Positions 49,282 through 58,584 of a stretch of DNA of 64,000 nucleotides are shown one piece after another (the first letter of the stretch is position 1; each line of letters starts with the position of its first letter). Position numbers and translations under genes: made by a program. The notes beneath the pieces are model-generated. The model was given only the letters and a program-made list of their open reading frames with translations. It had not been told where the DNA came from and ran no database searches. The stretch lies in IMG/VR virus record IMGVR_UViG_3300032245_001860, positions 248,001 to 312,000 of that record, one strand, 5' to 3'.

Positions 49282-49997
49282 TCACCTTTTGAAGGGTCAT
49301 ATTCAAAAATCAATGGCCATAAATTTTCAAATGTTCCTGACATTCTGATACCTGTCCCAATTGGATTATTAGCAATCACAATCAATTTATATAAACATGC
49401 CCACCATTCGTAAGGCTTATTTATAATCTTTGAAACTGGTACAATATGTTGAGCTCCAGAACCCCATTGATACGATCTTCCTTTATATGGGATATCCATC
49501 ATTTTGCAAACAAAAGAAACTAAAGCGAGATCAGTTGCTACAATTTCAGATTCTTCAATATGATCGTCATAAATTAATGGGCATGTTATTTTTTCTTCTG
49601 GGCAAAATATTTTTCTGATTAAAATATTATAAAAACCATTTATGTAAAAATCATCATCATTTGCAAATTCAAAAGGATTACAATGTGTGGTTAGAGGCAT
49701 ATAAGTGTCTTTATTAGCATTATTTATTATATCAATTGTATTTGCACAATGGTCAAATGGGTGTCCTTGTAAAAAAATTACAGTTTCTAATAAATGCAAT
49801 TGATCATAATTTTCTAAAATACCACGAAGAAATGCTTCTGCTTCTCGCCCAATATTAGGAGAATCTATTTTATGAATTTCAGGCCAAAGCCAGTCCTCTC
49901 CATGATTATATATAATATAATATGTCTTGAGATTTTTTATCCATTGAATGTCTTCATCATATCTGCATACTATAGTTAGCTTTTTGTAGTCTTGCAT
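49278..49997 (-). CDS. DUF3431 family protein
   Basis: IVCRYDEDIQW..PNIGREAEAF..FLQGHPFDH..GAQHIV..FENLWP; ATG 49997 preferred over TTG 50015. Confidence 0.8.
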   Translation of the reverse strand: MQDYKKLTIVCRYDEDIQWIKNLKTYYIIYNHGEDWLWPEIHKIDSPNIGREAEAFLRGILENYDQLHLLETVIFLQGHPFDHCANTIDIINNANKDTYMPLTTHCNPFEFANDDDFYINGFYNILIRKIFCPEEKITCPLIYDDHIEESEIVATDLALVSFVCKMMDIPYKGRSYQWGSGAQHIVPVSKIINKPYEWWACLYKLIVIANNPIGTGIRMSGTFENLWPLIFEYDPSKGD

Positions 49998-50043
49998 ATA
50001 TTTTTTATAAAACAATTGGCATTTGTATTTTGGATATATGAAA

Positions 50044-50457
50044 TTAATTTGCTTTCCATTTATCCGGAATATATATTTTTACAATATCTGATGACCACTT
50101 TTTTCCTTCATCACCACCATATAATCGCCATTCCCAGTAAGTAGGATTTTCATCATTTTTAGAGTGGTTGAATCGTTTTTCAAAAGTATATTTATGAATC
50201 TTCAATACATCTTTTAATTCAAGGTATGATCTATTTGATAAGTCTCTTGCTATATCATAATCTTTTTGAGACCCAAAATTAATCTTTCCTAAGCGTTTTT
50301 TGTAAGCTTCTTCTGCTATTTTTCTTATTTCATAAGGAATAAAAATTTTCTTATCCATTATTGATTCTTTTGAAGCAAATTTGTTAAAAACTGTATCAGA
50401 TAATTTAAATAGCTGTTTTGAATCAAGAATTTTGCAGAGGTTTATAATTTTGTTCAT
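50044..50457 (-). CDS. leader-motif protein with conserved phage domain ending WRLYGGDEGKKWS
   Basis: N-terminal IINLCKILDSKQLFKLSDTVFNKFAS; C-terminal domain resembles the W-x-L-W/Y-G-G-D-x-G-x-x-W module of phage head-associated proteins. Confidence 0.65.
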   Translation of the reverse strand: MNKIINLCKILDSKQLFKLSDTVFNKFASKESIMDKKIFIPYEIRKIAEEAYKKRLGKINFGSQKDYDIARDLSNRSYLELKDVLKIHKYTFEKRFNHSKNDENPTYWEWRLYGGDEGKKWSSDIVKIYIPDKWKAN

Positions 50458-50505
50458 ACAGTATATATATATAATAAAATAAAAAAATACCTTCGGAGGT
50501 ACAAA

Positions 50506-51138
50506 ATGCCGATAACACTTTCAGATGCTCTCATATTTACTCTTGCTTGGGAAGGAGGATTTACTAATCACCCTCTTGACCCTGGTGGAGCTACAAATTT
50601 TGGTATCATTCAAACAAGATATGATGAATATCGCAAATTCAAAAAACTGAAAACCCAAACAGTAAAGCTTATTACCAAAGAAGAATACACAGAAATTTAT
50701 GATAAATATTATTGGGATCCAGTAAGAGCTCAATATTTGTTGGGACCTTTAGGGCTTGCATTATTTGATACAGCAGTAAATTTGGGTGTAGGTGGAGCTC
50801 TAAGCAGATTGCAGTCTTCCATGAAATTGCCTGTCACTGGTAAATGGACCCAAAACATAAGTGACAAAATACATGATGCTAATCAATTGGATATAGCAAT
50901 CAATATTTGTAAGCTAAGAATAGCAAAAAGATATGCAAGGGTCAAACAAAGACCAGATCAAGTTGTCTTCTTAAAAGGATGGCTCAATAGAGATAATGCT
51001 TTATTGAGAAAAGTCAAATCTTTAGGTGGAATTTCTGTTTTGTCTATTGAGCCAGGTTACGATTTTGATTTAGAAGAGATTACTAATGAGTTTAATACAG
51101 ATCTTCTGAAGGAACTGGAAGCTTTTGATTTGGATTAG
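50506..51138 (+). CDS. glycoside hydrolase family 108 endolysin
   Basis: EGGFTNHPLDPGGATNFGI, IYDKYYW, FDTAVNLG, FLKGWLNR; GGAGG upstream. Confidence 0.92.
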   Translation: MPITLSDALIFTLAWEGGFTNHPLDPGGATNFGIIQTRYDEYRKFKKLKTQTVKLITKEEYTEIYDKYYWDPVRAQYLLGPLGLALFDTAVNLGVGGALSRLQSSMKLPVTGKWTQNISDKIHDANQLDIAINICKLRIAKRYARVKQRPDQVVFLKGWLNRDNALLRKVKSLGGISVLSIEPGYDFDLEEITNEFNTDLLKELEAFDLD

Positions 51139-51826
51139 GTTGGTGATTCCAAATAGATAGCCACACTCTTTCGCAATATGCAGCTATTTCATCACCTGGA
51201 TTTATAGACTTCCAATCTTTAATCAATGTGTAAAATTCAGTCCACCATTCAAAATTTTTAGATTTGATATATGATGTGGGCACTATATATTGCGCTCCAG
51301 CAGAATAGGTAATTTCCTTAGAAGATAAATCTAATCCTAACATTTGGGCAAAAAATACAGAAGTGCTAATTTCTAAACCTCTGTCATCATTTAAGTCTAT
51401 GTCTCCAGACAATTTTGTAAATGTTGCTGAAGGGGCAAATTGCTTTCTGAAAAGTTTACATATTGTTGCAGCTTCAAAATTAAAGTACGCTCTGTCACTT
51501 GGAAGTTTGTAAGTGACCATTGAATTTGCTAAAAATACAATTTCATTTGAATTGTATTCGTTTATGGATTCGACTGGGTCATCATCATGGTCAAAAGGAT
51601 TCCCTTGAATGAAAATAACACAATCATAATCATCCAGCATTTCATAGCATTCGACAATAGCTCTTGCGTAAGTTTCACACTCTCTGCCATAATTTTCAAT
51701 ATCAACTCTTGGAATATCTTCCCAAGGCCAATTTTCGCCTTTATTATAGATTAATATATCTCCATCTAATTCTTTAGACCATTCAATGTCCTCATTGTAT
51801 CTTGCTATAATTGTTAATTTTTTCAT
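51092..51826 (-). CDS. DUF3431 family protein
   Basis: IIARYNEDIEW..YNKG..ENYGRE..FIQGNPFDH..GAQYIV..ERVW; start 51826 in an ATGA overlap. Confidence 0.8.
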   Translation of the reverse strand: MKKLTIIARYNEDIEWSKELDGDILIYNKGENWPWEDIPRVDIENYGRECETYARAIVECYEMLDDYDCVIFIQGNPFDHDDDPVESINEYNSNEIVFLANSMVTYKLPSDRAYFNFEAATICKLFRKQFAPSATFTKLSGDIDLNDDRGLEISTSVFFAQMLGLDLSSKEITYSAGAQYIVPTSYIKSKNFEWWTEFYTLIKDWKSINPGDEIAAYCERVWLSIWNHQPNPNQKLPVPSEDLY

Positions 51827-52536
51827 AAGTCTGAGTGTTGCCAAATTAATGGCCAAATCCTTTCTAAAATATATGTCCAAGCAATTTCATTCTTTTCTTT
51901 GCACAAATAATAAAATAAGTAATGAAGATTTTTCCACCATTCTAATGATTTGTTGGTAATTAAAAACGAGGGAACTGTGTATTGTGCCCCAACAGCCCAA
52001 TAATTATCTTTATCTTGATGATCTAATCCCAAGATTGTACACATTGTCACATTGTCTAAAAACCAATTTTTATTTGGTTCTTGATTTGTCACAGTGTTAG
52101 TATTCAAATCTAATTTTTGATATTTAGGAATAAATTCTTCATTCAAGTGATCTAAGTTCAGCATGCAATTTATTATGGAAGGATGAATATTGAATATTCT
52201 TCTATTGTCATTGTAAATATCTCTATTAATTGAATTAGACAAAGCAAGTATTTCATTTTTTTCATTATTGTTGATCATTTGAATAATATCTGGGCAATGA
52301 TCAAAAGGATTTCCTTGCACAAAAGATATCAAATCATAATCTTTGAAAACTTCATAAAATTCAATAACGGCTCTGACAAAAGTTTCACCTTCTCTGCCAT
52401 AATTTTCAATGTTTATTCTGGGAATATTTTCATAAGGCCAATCATCACCTTTATTATAAATAACAATATCTCCAGACAATTCTTTAGACCATTCAATGTT
52501 TTCATTGAATCTTGCAATAATTGTTAGCTTTTTCAT
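51823..52536 (-). CDS. DUF3431 family protein
   Basis: Same motifs; start 52536 in an ATGA overlap. Confidence 0.8.
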   Translation of the reverse strand: MKKLTIIARFNENIEWSKELSGDIVIYNKGDDWPYENIPRINIENYGREGETFVRAVIEFYEVFKDYDLISFVQGNPFDHCPDIIQMINNNEKNEILALSNSINRDIYNDNRRIFNIHPSIINCMLNLDHLNEEFIPKYQKLDLNTNTVTNQEPNKNWFLDNVTMCTILGLDHQDKDNYWAVGAQYTVPSFLITNKSLEWWKNLHYLFYYLCKEKNEIAWTYILERIWPLIWQHSDL

Positions 52537-53246
52537 AAGTCTTTGTGATCCAAAATTAGAGGCCAAATACGTTCTAATGCATATGTCCAAGATTCAATTT
52601 GTTTATATTTGGAAATATATTCGAAAATCATATGCAAATTTTCCCACCATTGTTTACTTTTATACTTAATATTTTTTATTGGTACTATATATTGACCACC
52701 ATTAGCCCATTCAACAATCTTATTTTGATAATCTATATCTAATATAGAGCACAATCCCATGGTTTCTTCAAATAAAAAGAAATCTGTGTTTGATTGATTT
52801 CTACTTAATTCATTTGGATTGCAGTAATCAATCTTTGATTTGAATGACTTATCTTCAATTTGAAGTAAAATATTTATGATTGAAAAATGTTTACCATTGA
52901 TGAAGTCATCTGACGGGTATTGGTCTTTAGAAACAAAATCAGATATTTTTACAATAGAGTTCTTGAATGAAAAATTTATAACTTTTTTGAAATCTTTGCA
53001 ATGCTCTTGTGGATTACCTTGCAAAAAAACTACATTGTCATAATGGTCTAAATTTTCATAAAATTCTATGATAGCCCTGACAAAAGTTTCACCTTCTCGG
53101 CCATAGTTTTCAGTATCTATTCTTGGTATATCTTTCCATGGCCAATCTGTGCCTTTATTATAGATGACAATATCTCCATCTAAATCTCTTGCCCATTTAA
53201 TATCTTCATTATATCTGGCAACTATAATCAAGTTTTTGGGACTCAT
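52533..53246 (-). CDS. DUF3431 family protein
   Basis: Same motifs; TAAAAT 6 nt upstream of ATG. Confidence 0.8.
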   Translation of the reverse strand: MSPKNLIIVARYNEDIKWARDLDGDIVIYNKGTDWPWKDIPRIDTENYGREGETFVRAIIEFYENLDHYDNVVFLQGNPQEHCKDFKKVINFSFKNSIVKISDFVSKDQYPSDDFINGKHFSIINILLQIEDKSFKSKIDYCNPNELSRNQSNTDFFLFEETMGLCSILDIDYQNKIVEWANGGQYIVPIKNIKYKSKQWWENLHMIFEYISKYKQIESWTYALERIWPLILDHKDL

Positions 53247-53264
53247 GAAATTATTTTACAAGAA

Positions 53265-53291
53265 AGGTGACTGTCAATTTATCTGTAAATA
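53265..53291 (+). promoter_or_regulatory. candidate phage promoter AGGT-N16-GTAA
   Basis: Same spaced motif recurs at 55756, 56114 and 60535, each intergenic and upstream of a + strand gene. Confidence 0.45.
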
Positions 53292-53320
53292 TATAAGTAA
53301 CAGTACTCAGGAGTTTTATA

Positions 53321-53854
53321 ATGTCAGAAAAAAGAATTATATTATGCTCACAATTGATTGAACAAGCTAATAGTTTTGATTCAAAAGGTGATCATGAAAA
53401 AGCAGATCAACTTACAAAAGTAGCCAAACAATTATCTAATAAAGAAATATCAGTTCGTGAAGCTCTGAATTTTGGAAGAATGTTAGGCGGTCTTACTGGT
53501 GGACTTGCTGGGTATGCTTTGGCTCCAATGTTTGCAAGACAAAAGGGTGGATTGCAATATTCAATGCAAATTCTTCAAAAGAAATACCCACAATTATATA
53601 CCCAACTATTACCTGAGTTTACAGCAATACAAAATATTGAAAATTCTATACAGCCAAGAAAAAATGCTCTTACTACAAAGGTAATGCAAGCAATTCAATC
53701 AGGTTCATATACAAACACACCTGTTGCAACTCCTCCTCCTGTACAAGCAACCACAACTCCAGCTGCAACCACAACTCCTGCACCAGTAGCAGCTTCTGCT
53801 GTAAAAGTCAATCCAGTTGTCACTCCTGCTAATATTGCTGTAACAAAAGGTTAA
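53321..53854 (+). CDS. leader-motif protein with Pro/Ala/Thr-rich tail
   Basis: LIEQANSFDSKGDHEKADQLTKVAK leader; GGAG upstream; glycine-zipper-like hydrophobic segment GRMLGGLTGGLAGYAL. Confidence 0.75.
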   Translation: MSEKRIILCSQLIEQANSFDSKGDHEKADQLTKVAKQLSNKEISVREALNFGRMLGGLTGGLAGYALAPMFARQKGGLQYSMQILQKKYPQLYTQLLPEFTAIQNIENSIQPRKNALTTKVMQAIQSGSYTNTPVATPPPVQATTTPAATTTPAPVAASAVKVNPVVTPANIAVTKG

Positions 53855-53863
53855 GGTAAATTA

Positions 53864-54607
53864 ATGGATAAAGTCGCATTTTGTAAAAATCTTGAAGAAG
53901 TTGCAAACAAACTTGATGATTTAGGTCTTCATAAACAAGCAGATATATGTACTGAAGACATCAAGAGAGTTGCATCTGGAGAAATGTCAACAAGAGAAGC
54001 TTTCATTAAATTAAAACTTCCTAATGTTGGCAAAATGCTTGGTTTAGGAAATTTTGAAAAATCTTTTTTGAGACCATTTTACAAACCATTCCTATTGGCA
54101 GCTGCTGTTTATTATGGTGGACCTCAATTATTGAAAGCTTTGAAACTTGATCCAAAAATATTAACAAATCGCCAGCTATTCAATCAGAAATTAACTCAAA
54201 TGTTTGGCAAGCAAGGGGCTGCAATAGCTGCAAATATAGCCAAAGATGTTCAAACTAAGATGCAACAAAAAGCTGTTCAATTGGGTGCACAGGCAGTTTC
54301 TGGTGTGGCAGGTCAACAATCTGGTGCTGTAGACCCTTCAAGAGCAGCACAACAACCTGGACAACAAGCTCAACAACCATCATACACTAACATGCAGATG
54401 GATGTTCAACAAGTTTATCAACAATATCTTACAAATAAGAGTCAAACAGCTCCACAAATGCAAGCGGTTATAAATAATAAGAAAACTGCAATTTACAATT
54501 ATATGACTGGAACTATGAAAGCTACTCCGCAAGTTGCACAACAACAAGCTACTACATTTGAAAAATTAGTAAAATCCTATTTAAATAACGCAGGTTTAAA
54601 AATATAA
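53864..54607 (+). CDS. leader-motif protein, Gln/Ala-rich
   Basis: LEEVANKLDDLGLHKQADICTEDIKRVAS leader; SxREA shared with previous ORF. Confidence 0.75.
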   Translation: MDKVAFCKNLEEVANKLDDLGLHKQADICTEDIKRVASGEMSTREAFIKLKLPNVGKMLGLGNFEKSFLRPFYKPFLLAAAVYYGGPQLLKALKLDPKILTNRQLFNQKLTQMFGKQGAAIAANIAKDVQTKMQQKAVQLGAQAVSGVAGQQSGAVDPSRAAQQPGQQAQQPSYTNMQMDVQQVYQQYLTNKSQTAPQMQAVINNKKTAIYNYMTGTMKATPQVAQQQATTFEKLVKSYLNNAGLKI

Positions 54608-55173
54608 TGGAAAAAGCATTAGAATATTTAGCAGATTTAGCTAATGAATTAGATTCACAAAACGCACATAGATTAGCAGATAGCATTACAGCTCAATTAA
54701 AACAAGCATCAAAAGATTGGGACCATGAATACGATATGGTCAGAAATCAAATGGAAACAGCTGAAAGAGCTATTGATGGTATTGAAGATGTTATTGGTGA
54801 AGATGGTGAAGGCAATTTGATGGCTTGGGTACAGTCAAAGATTACTAACGCTGTCGAAATGTTAGATGGAGTTTCTGACTATTTACAAAGCCAACATAAA
54901 ACAGCTTCAGACAAAAATAAAGGTAAGAAATTAGGTAAACCTTTCCGTACTCCTGGTGGTCCTAAGAAATTTTCTGTTTATGTTAAAAATGACAAAGGCA
55001 ATGTAGTCAAGGTTAACTTTGGAGATCCTAATATGGAGATCAAGAGAGATGACCCAAAAAGAAGAAAAAACTTTAGAGCAAGACACAATTGCGATAATCC
55101 AGGACCTCGCACCAAAGCAAAATATTGGTCATGCAAGATGTGGTCAAAAAAGAATGTATCTGATTTGACTTAG
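54607..55173 (+). CDS. leader-motif protein with acidic helical domain and basic His/Cys phage module
   Basis: LADLANELDSQNAHRLADSI..KQAS; AWVQSKIT domain; KKFSVYVK..VNFGD..FRARHNC..YWSC module common in large phages. Confidence 0.8.
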   Translation: MEKALEYLADLANELDSQNAHRLADSITAQLKQASKDWDHEYDMVRNQMETAERAIDGIEDVIGEDGEGNLMAWVQSKITNAVEMLDGVSDYLQSQHKTASDKNKGKKLGKPFRTPGGPKKFSVYVKNDKGNVVKVNFGDPNMEIKRDDPKRRKNFRARHNCDNPGPRTKAKYWSCKMWSKKNVSDLT

Positions 55174-55204
55174 AAAAAAAAGAGGACTGTAAAGTCCTCT
55201 TTTT
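55174..55204. terminator. bidirectional intrinsic terminator
   Basis: aaaaagaggact-gtaa-agtcctcttttt between convergent genes. Confidence 0.85.
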
Positions 55205-55207
55205 AGT

Positions 55208-55714
55208 TTAAACTATATAAAAATCCCATTCATCGTAATCATTTTTTGCAAAATTGTTCATCATTGCATGAAAACTATATTTTGGACATCTTGGCTTAGA
55301 AAGTAATTTCATATTAGCTTGATCTAATGTTTTCCAAGCTTTATGTCCATTGCATCTTTTGCAGCAAGTAACTAAGTTTTCCCAAGTATGAGTTCCACCT
55401 AAATGTCTTGGATAAACGTGGTCTAATGTAAGTTCGTTATTTCTAACACCGCAATATTGACATGTGTAATTGTCTCTGTTATAAATGCCTAATCTTGAAA
55501 CTTTATATTCTCTTGTGAATTTTCTTTTTACTTGATAATTTAGTCTAAGAACTGTAGGTCTTTGGATGAATTCACCACTGATTGTTAATAAAAAATCATC
55601 TTCTAAAATATGTAAAGGTTCAGCTTTACCTTTTAGCATCATATTCACTGCTTTTCTCATTGTGCAAATAGACAATGGTTCATAATCAGCATTGAGCAAT
55701 AAGACTCGATTCAT
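55208..55714 (-). CDS. HNH endonuclease (McrA-like)
   Basis: VLLLNADYEPL, RDNYTCQYCG, LTLDHVYPR..GG..WENLVTCCKRCN. Confidence 0.92.
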   Translation of the reverse strand: MNRVLLLNADYEPLSICTMRKAVNMMLKGKAEPLHILEDDFLLTISGEFIQRPTVLRLNYQVKRKFTREYKVSRLGIYNRDNYTCQYCGVRNNELTLDHVYPRHLGGTHTWENLVTCCKRCNGHKAWKTLDQANMKLLSKPRCPKYSFHAMMNNFAKNDYDEWDFYIV

Positions 55715-55755
55715 AATTCAATTATACCTCCAATGTTTTCTGCAAGCTTATTTGT

Positions 55756-55783
55756 AGGTACTAAAATCATAATTATGTAAAAT
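55756..55783 (+). promoter_or_regulatory. candidate phage promoter AGGT-N17-GTAA
   Basis: AGGT 55756-55759, GTAAAAT from 55777. Confidence 0.4.
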
Positions 55784-55800
55784 TATTTTTGAGGTAAATT

Positions 55801-56109
55801 ATGAACTTAGATACATTTAATTTCAACGACACAATAGAGTCAGAAACCAGACCCGTACTTGTTAAATTTTGGGCATCTTGGTGTGGTCCCTGCAAAGCTT
55901 ATGCCCCAACCTTTGAAAAATTTGCAGAAGAAAATCCTGATGTTGCTTGTTTCTCTGTAGATTGTGAAGAAAGTAAAGATTTAGTAGAAGAGTTTCACAT
56001 TATGTCTATACCTGTAACTTTACTTTTTAAAAATGGTGAAAATGTAACTCAAAAACAAGGCAAATTGACAGCAAATGATCTAAGCCAATTAGTAGCTGAG
56101 CACAAATAA
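55801..56109 (+). CDS. trxA: thioredoxin
   Basis: FWASWCGPCK active site, SIPVT cis-Pro loop, FKNG. Confidence 0.92.
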   Translation: MNLDTFNFNDTIESETRPVLVKFWASWCGPCKAYAPTFEKFAEENPDVACFSVDCEESKDLVEEFHIMSIPVTLLFKNGENVTQKQGKLTANDLSQLVAEHK

Positions 56110-56113
56110 TAAT

Positions 56114-56141
56114 AGGTTTTATAACCCTATATTTGTAATAT
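56114..56141 (+). promoter_or_regulatory. candidate phage promoter AGGT-N17-GTAA
   Basis: AGGT 56114-56117, GTAATAT from 56135. Confidence 0.45.
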
Positions 56142-56169
56142 ATTTAGTATTACTCCCAAGGATTGTCAA

Positions 56170-57702
56170 ATGGATAAAAAAATATTAGATAACTTGAATG
56201 AAATTTCAATGGTTTTTGAAGATTTAGGTATGGATAAGCAAGCAGATATTGTTAATGAAATTTTTCTTAAAGTCGCTAAAAAGAAAGCTAAAAAGAAGAA
56301 TGTCCCAACCAATCCTTCTTTGTGGTCAGAATGTAAAGCTTGGGCTAAAAGAACATTTGATGTATATCCTTGCGTACCATTAGATTCTATGGCACTAACT
56401 AAAAAAGGTTGGGCTGAATATTCTGATTTGAATATTGGGGATGAAATTCTTACTTACAATCAAAAGATAGATAAACTTGAATGGAAACCTATTATTGATC
56501 TACATTTCTACGAAGATGCTCCTACTTTAAGCTTAAAAAAATTGCAAACAAATTTTAAAGTAAGGTGTACTCCTGATCACAAGTGGGTTTTGAAAACATA
56601 TAATTCAAAATATCCTGACAGTTTAGTACAAGCAAAAAATATTACAAAAAGAATGAGTCTAAAAACAGCTGCTGAAATAGTTGATGACGTAAACGAAAAT
56701 TTAAATTTATCTAATTGGAGAAAAGGTGACGATTGGGTTGAAAATGTCTTAAAAATGTCAAAAACTCAATTAGAAGCTTTTTTTGCAGCTGGTATTGTTT
56801 ATGATGGCAATGATAAAGGTTTGTCATCATTGAATAGAAGCACTTATGGTTTTTCTCAGAAAAATATAAATCATGGTGAAGCTATGGAAATTGCTGCTGT
56901 ACTTTTAGGATACAGAGTTTCGTTTGTTCAGAAAATGCACAATATGGAAATGAAATCATGGACATTTATCAAACGTGATTCTGAAAGCACTGGCAATCTT
57001 ATTATTGAAGAAGATTTAAATTGTGATGTTTGGTGCCCTCAAACTGAAAACAATACTTGGGTCATGAAACAAGGAAGAATTATTACCATTACTGGAAATA
57101 GTGCCTACGCCAATGGTGCTGCAGCCAAAAGATATAAATCAAAGGGCGGCGGATGGAAAAAAGCAAGCTCTGATTCTAACATGAGATTAGCTCAGGAAGT
57201 TACAGAAACACCAATCACTTCTTTTAATCTTCCTGGTGGCGAATCTGATCAAGCTTTTGAAAAAAATCCACAATCAATATATCAACAAGCTATCAATCAA
57301 ATTAAGAATTTAATTGTTTCAAATAAAAGAAAAGATGCTAATGATGTGTTTTCATATTATTTTAATGGCACAGATTTAAGTCCAGCTCAAAAAACAGCAT
57401 TGCAAAATCAATACAATTCTATTTTGGATAGATTTACAAGCAAAGACAAAGACTTTAATTTATCTAATCCTATGGCTCAACAATACCTATTAGAAGAAGA
57501 CACAAAAGCAAATACTTATGTAGCTAATTTTATCAAGAGATTAGGAATACCCAAGGCTCAAATAACTAATAATTCAAAAGCATTCAGTGATATCTCAAAA
57601 TTGATATCAACGATTAAGGATATTAATATCAGATACAAAGCTATTGATGTCCTTAAGGGTATTGTAAATATGAATTCTCAAACCTCAAGAGTAAAACCAT
57701 AA
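56170..57702 (+). CDS. leader-motif protein with intein-split basic module (DUF5872-like)
   Basis: Leader LNEISMVFEDLGMDKQADIVNEIFLKVA; removing the intein restores PTNPSLW..K..AKRTFDVYP/SAYANG..AKRYKSKGGGW. Confidence 0.8.
   Translation: MDKKILDNLNEISMVFEDLGMDKQADIVNEIFLKVAKKKAKKKNVPTNPSLWSECKAWAKRTFDVYPCVPLDSMALTKKGWAEYSDLNIGDEILTYNQKIDKLEWKPIIDLHFYEDAPTLSLKKLQTNFKVRCTPDHKWVLKTYNSKYPDSLVQAKNITKRMSLKTAAEIVDDVNENLNLSNWRKGDDWVENVLKMSKTQLEAFFAAGIVYDGNDKGLSSLNRSTYGFSQKNINHGEAMEIAAVLLGYRVSFVQKMHNMEMKSWTFIKRDSESTGNLIIEEDLNCDVWCPQTENNTWVMKQGRIITITGNSAYANGAAAKRYKSKGGGWKKASSDSNMRLAQEVTETPITSFNLPGGESDQAFEKNPQSIYQQAINQIKNLIVSNKRKDANDVFSYYFNGTDLSPAQKTALQNQYNSILDRFTSKDKDFNLSNPMAQQYLLEEDTKANTYVANFIKRLGIPKAQITNNSKAFSDISKLISTIKDINIRYKAIDVLKGIVNMNSQTSRVKP
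56371..57099 (+). mobile_element. intein (243 aa, degenerate LAGLIDADG remnant)
   Basis: Block A CVPLDSMALTKKGW, block B CTPDHKW, block F DVWCPQT, terminal TGN followed by Ser+1; AFFAAGIVYDG resembles one LAGLIDADG motif. Confidence 0.88.
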
Positions 57703-58001
57703 TGGCATTTCAAAAAGATCAAGAGTTAGACAGTGGATTTACTGGAAACTATTGGAGATTGTCTGCTGTAAATGTTTACTGTGAAGGCGATCCAGCAGTT
57801 TCTATCAGTATGTTTTTATATAAAGATAGAAATGCCAGATTGCAAGGAAAATCATCAATATCAGATATGTTGATTCAAATTCCACTATCATCTATTGATT
57901 CGACATTCTCATATGATTTTAGAGCTTGTATCTATAACAGATTGAAACAATTGGAATATTGGCAAGATGCAATAGATGTTATTGAAGAAGATGGTTCATA
58001 A
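57702..58001 (+). CDS. small probable virion/tail-associated protein
   Basis: SGxxGNYWR...ARLxGKSS...FSYDFRACxYN; paralog of next ORF. Confidence 0.7.
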   Translation: MAFQKDQELDSGFTGNYWRLSAVNVYCEGDPAVSISMFLYKDRNARLQGKSSISDMLIQIPLSSIDSTFSYDFRACIYNRLKQLEYWQDAIDVIEEDGS

Positions 58002-58013
58002 GGAAATAAAAAA

Positions 58014-58583
58014 ATGGCTTTTGAATTAAATAGAGATTTACCCTCAGGTGTATCAGGAAATTATTGGAAGATTAGCTCTGCATTAGTTGCTTGTAGTACA
58101 GATTATCCAACTTGTGATGTTTATTTAGAATTGTTTTTGACAAGACAAGCAAGATTAGATGGGAAATCATCATTGCTGACACAAGTTGTAGGAGTTCCAT
58201 TAGCAATAGTAGATATGTCATTCTCATATGATTTCAGAGCTTGTTTATATAATACTATAAAGTCATTTCCTGAATGGACATCCGCTGTAGATATATTTGA
58301 TGACCCTAATCACGTTCCTGTTGCTAATAATGTAAATTTGGTCACCGATTTTGAAACTGCTAAAAATATTACTTTTTCAGCATATGACAATTTCAATGCT
58401 CCTATTACAATCAGCGTTGTAGATCAGCCAACTAATGGAGTAATCACAGAAAGCAATGGAGTATTTACTTACACTCCTAATGCTGGTTACTCAGGTTCTG
58501 ATCTTGCTACATACAAGGCATCAAATAGTCAATTTGATAGTACTCCGGCAAATATTAATATCACAGTAAATCCAGGTGCATAA
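58014..58583 (+). CDS. paralog of the previous ORF fused to an Ig-like (Big_9/cadherin-like) domain
   Basis: C-terminal PVANN...QPTNG...FTYTPNAGYSGSD..TYKAS...ANINITV. Confidence 0.8.
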   Translation: MAFELNRDLPSGVSGNYWKISSALVACSTDYPTCDVYLELFLTRQARLDGKSSLLTQVVGVPLAIVDMSFSYDFRACLYNTIKSFPEWTSAVDIFDDPNHVPVANNVNLVTDFETAKNITFSAYDNFNAPITISVVDQPTNGVITESNGVFTYTPNAGYSGSDLATYKASNSQFDSTPANINITVNPGA

Positions 58584-58584
58584 T

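Noticed and set aside
53253-53277. Full sigma70 promoter (TTGACA plus TAAAAT) for the DUF3431 triplet
   Set aside because: Spacer is only 13 nt; only the -10 element is retained as evidence
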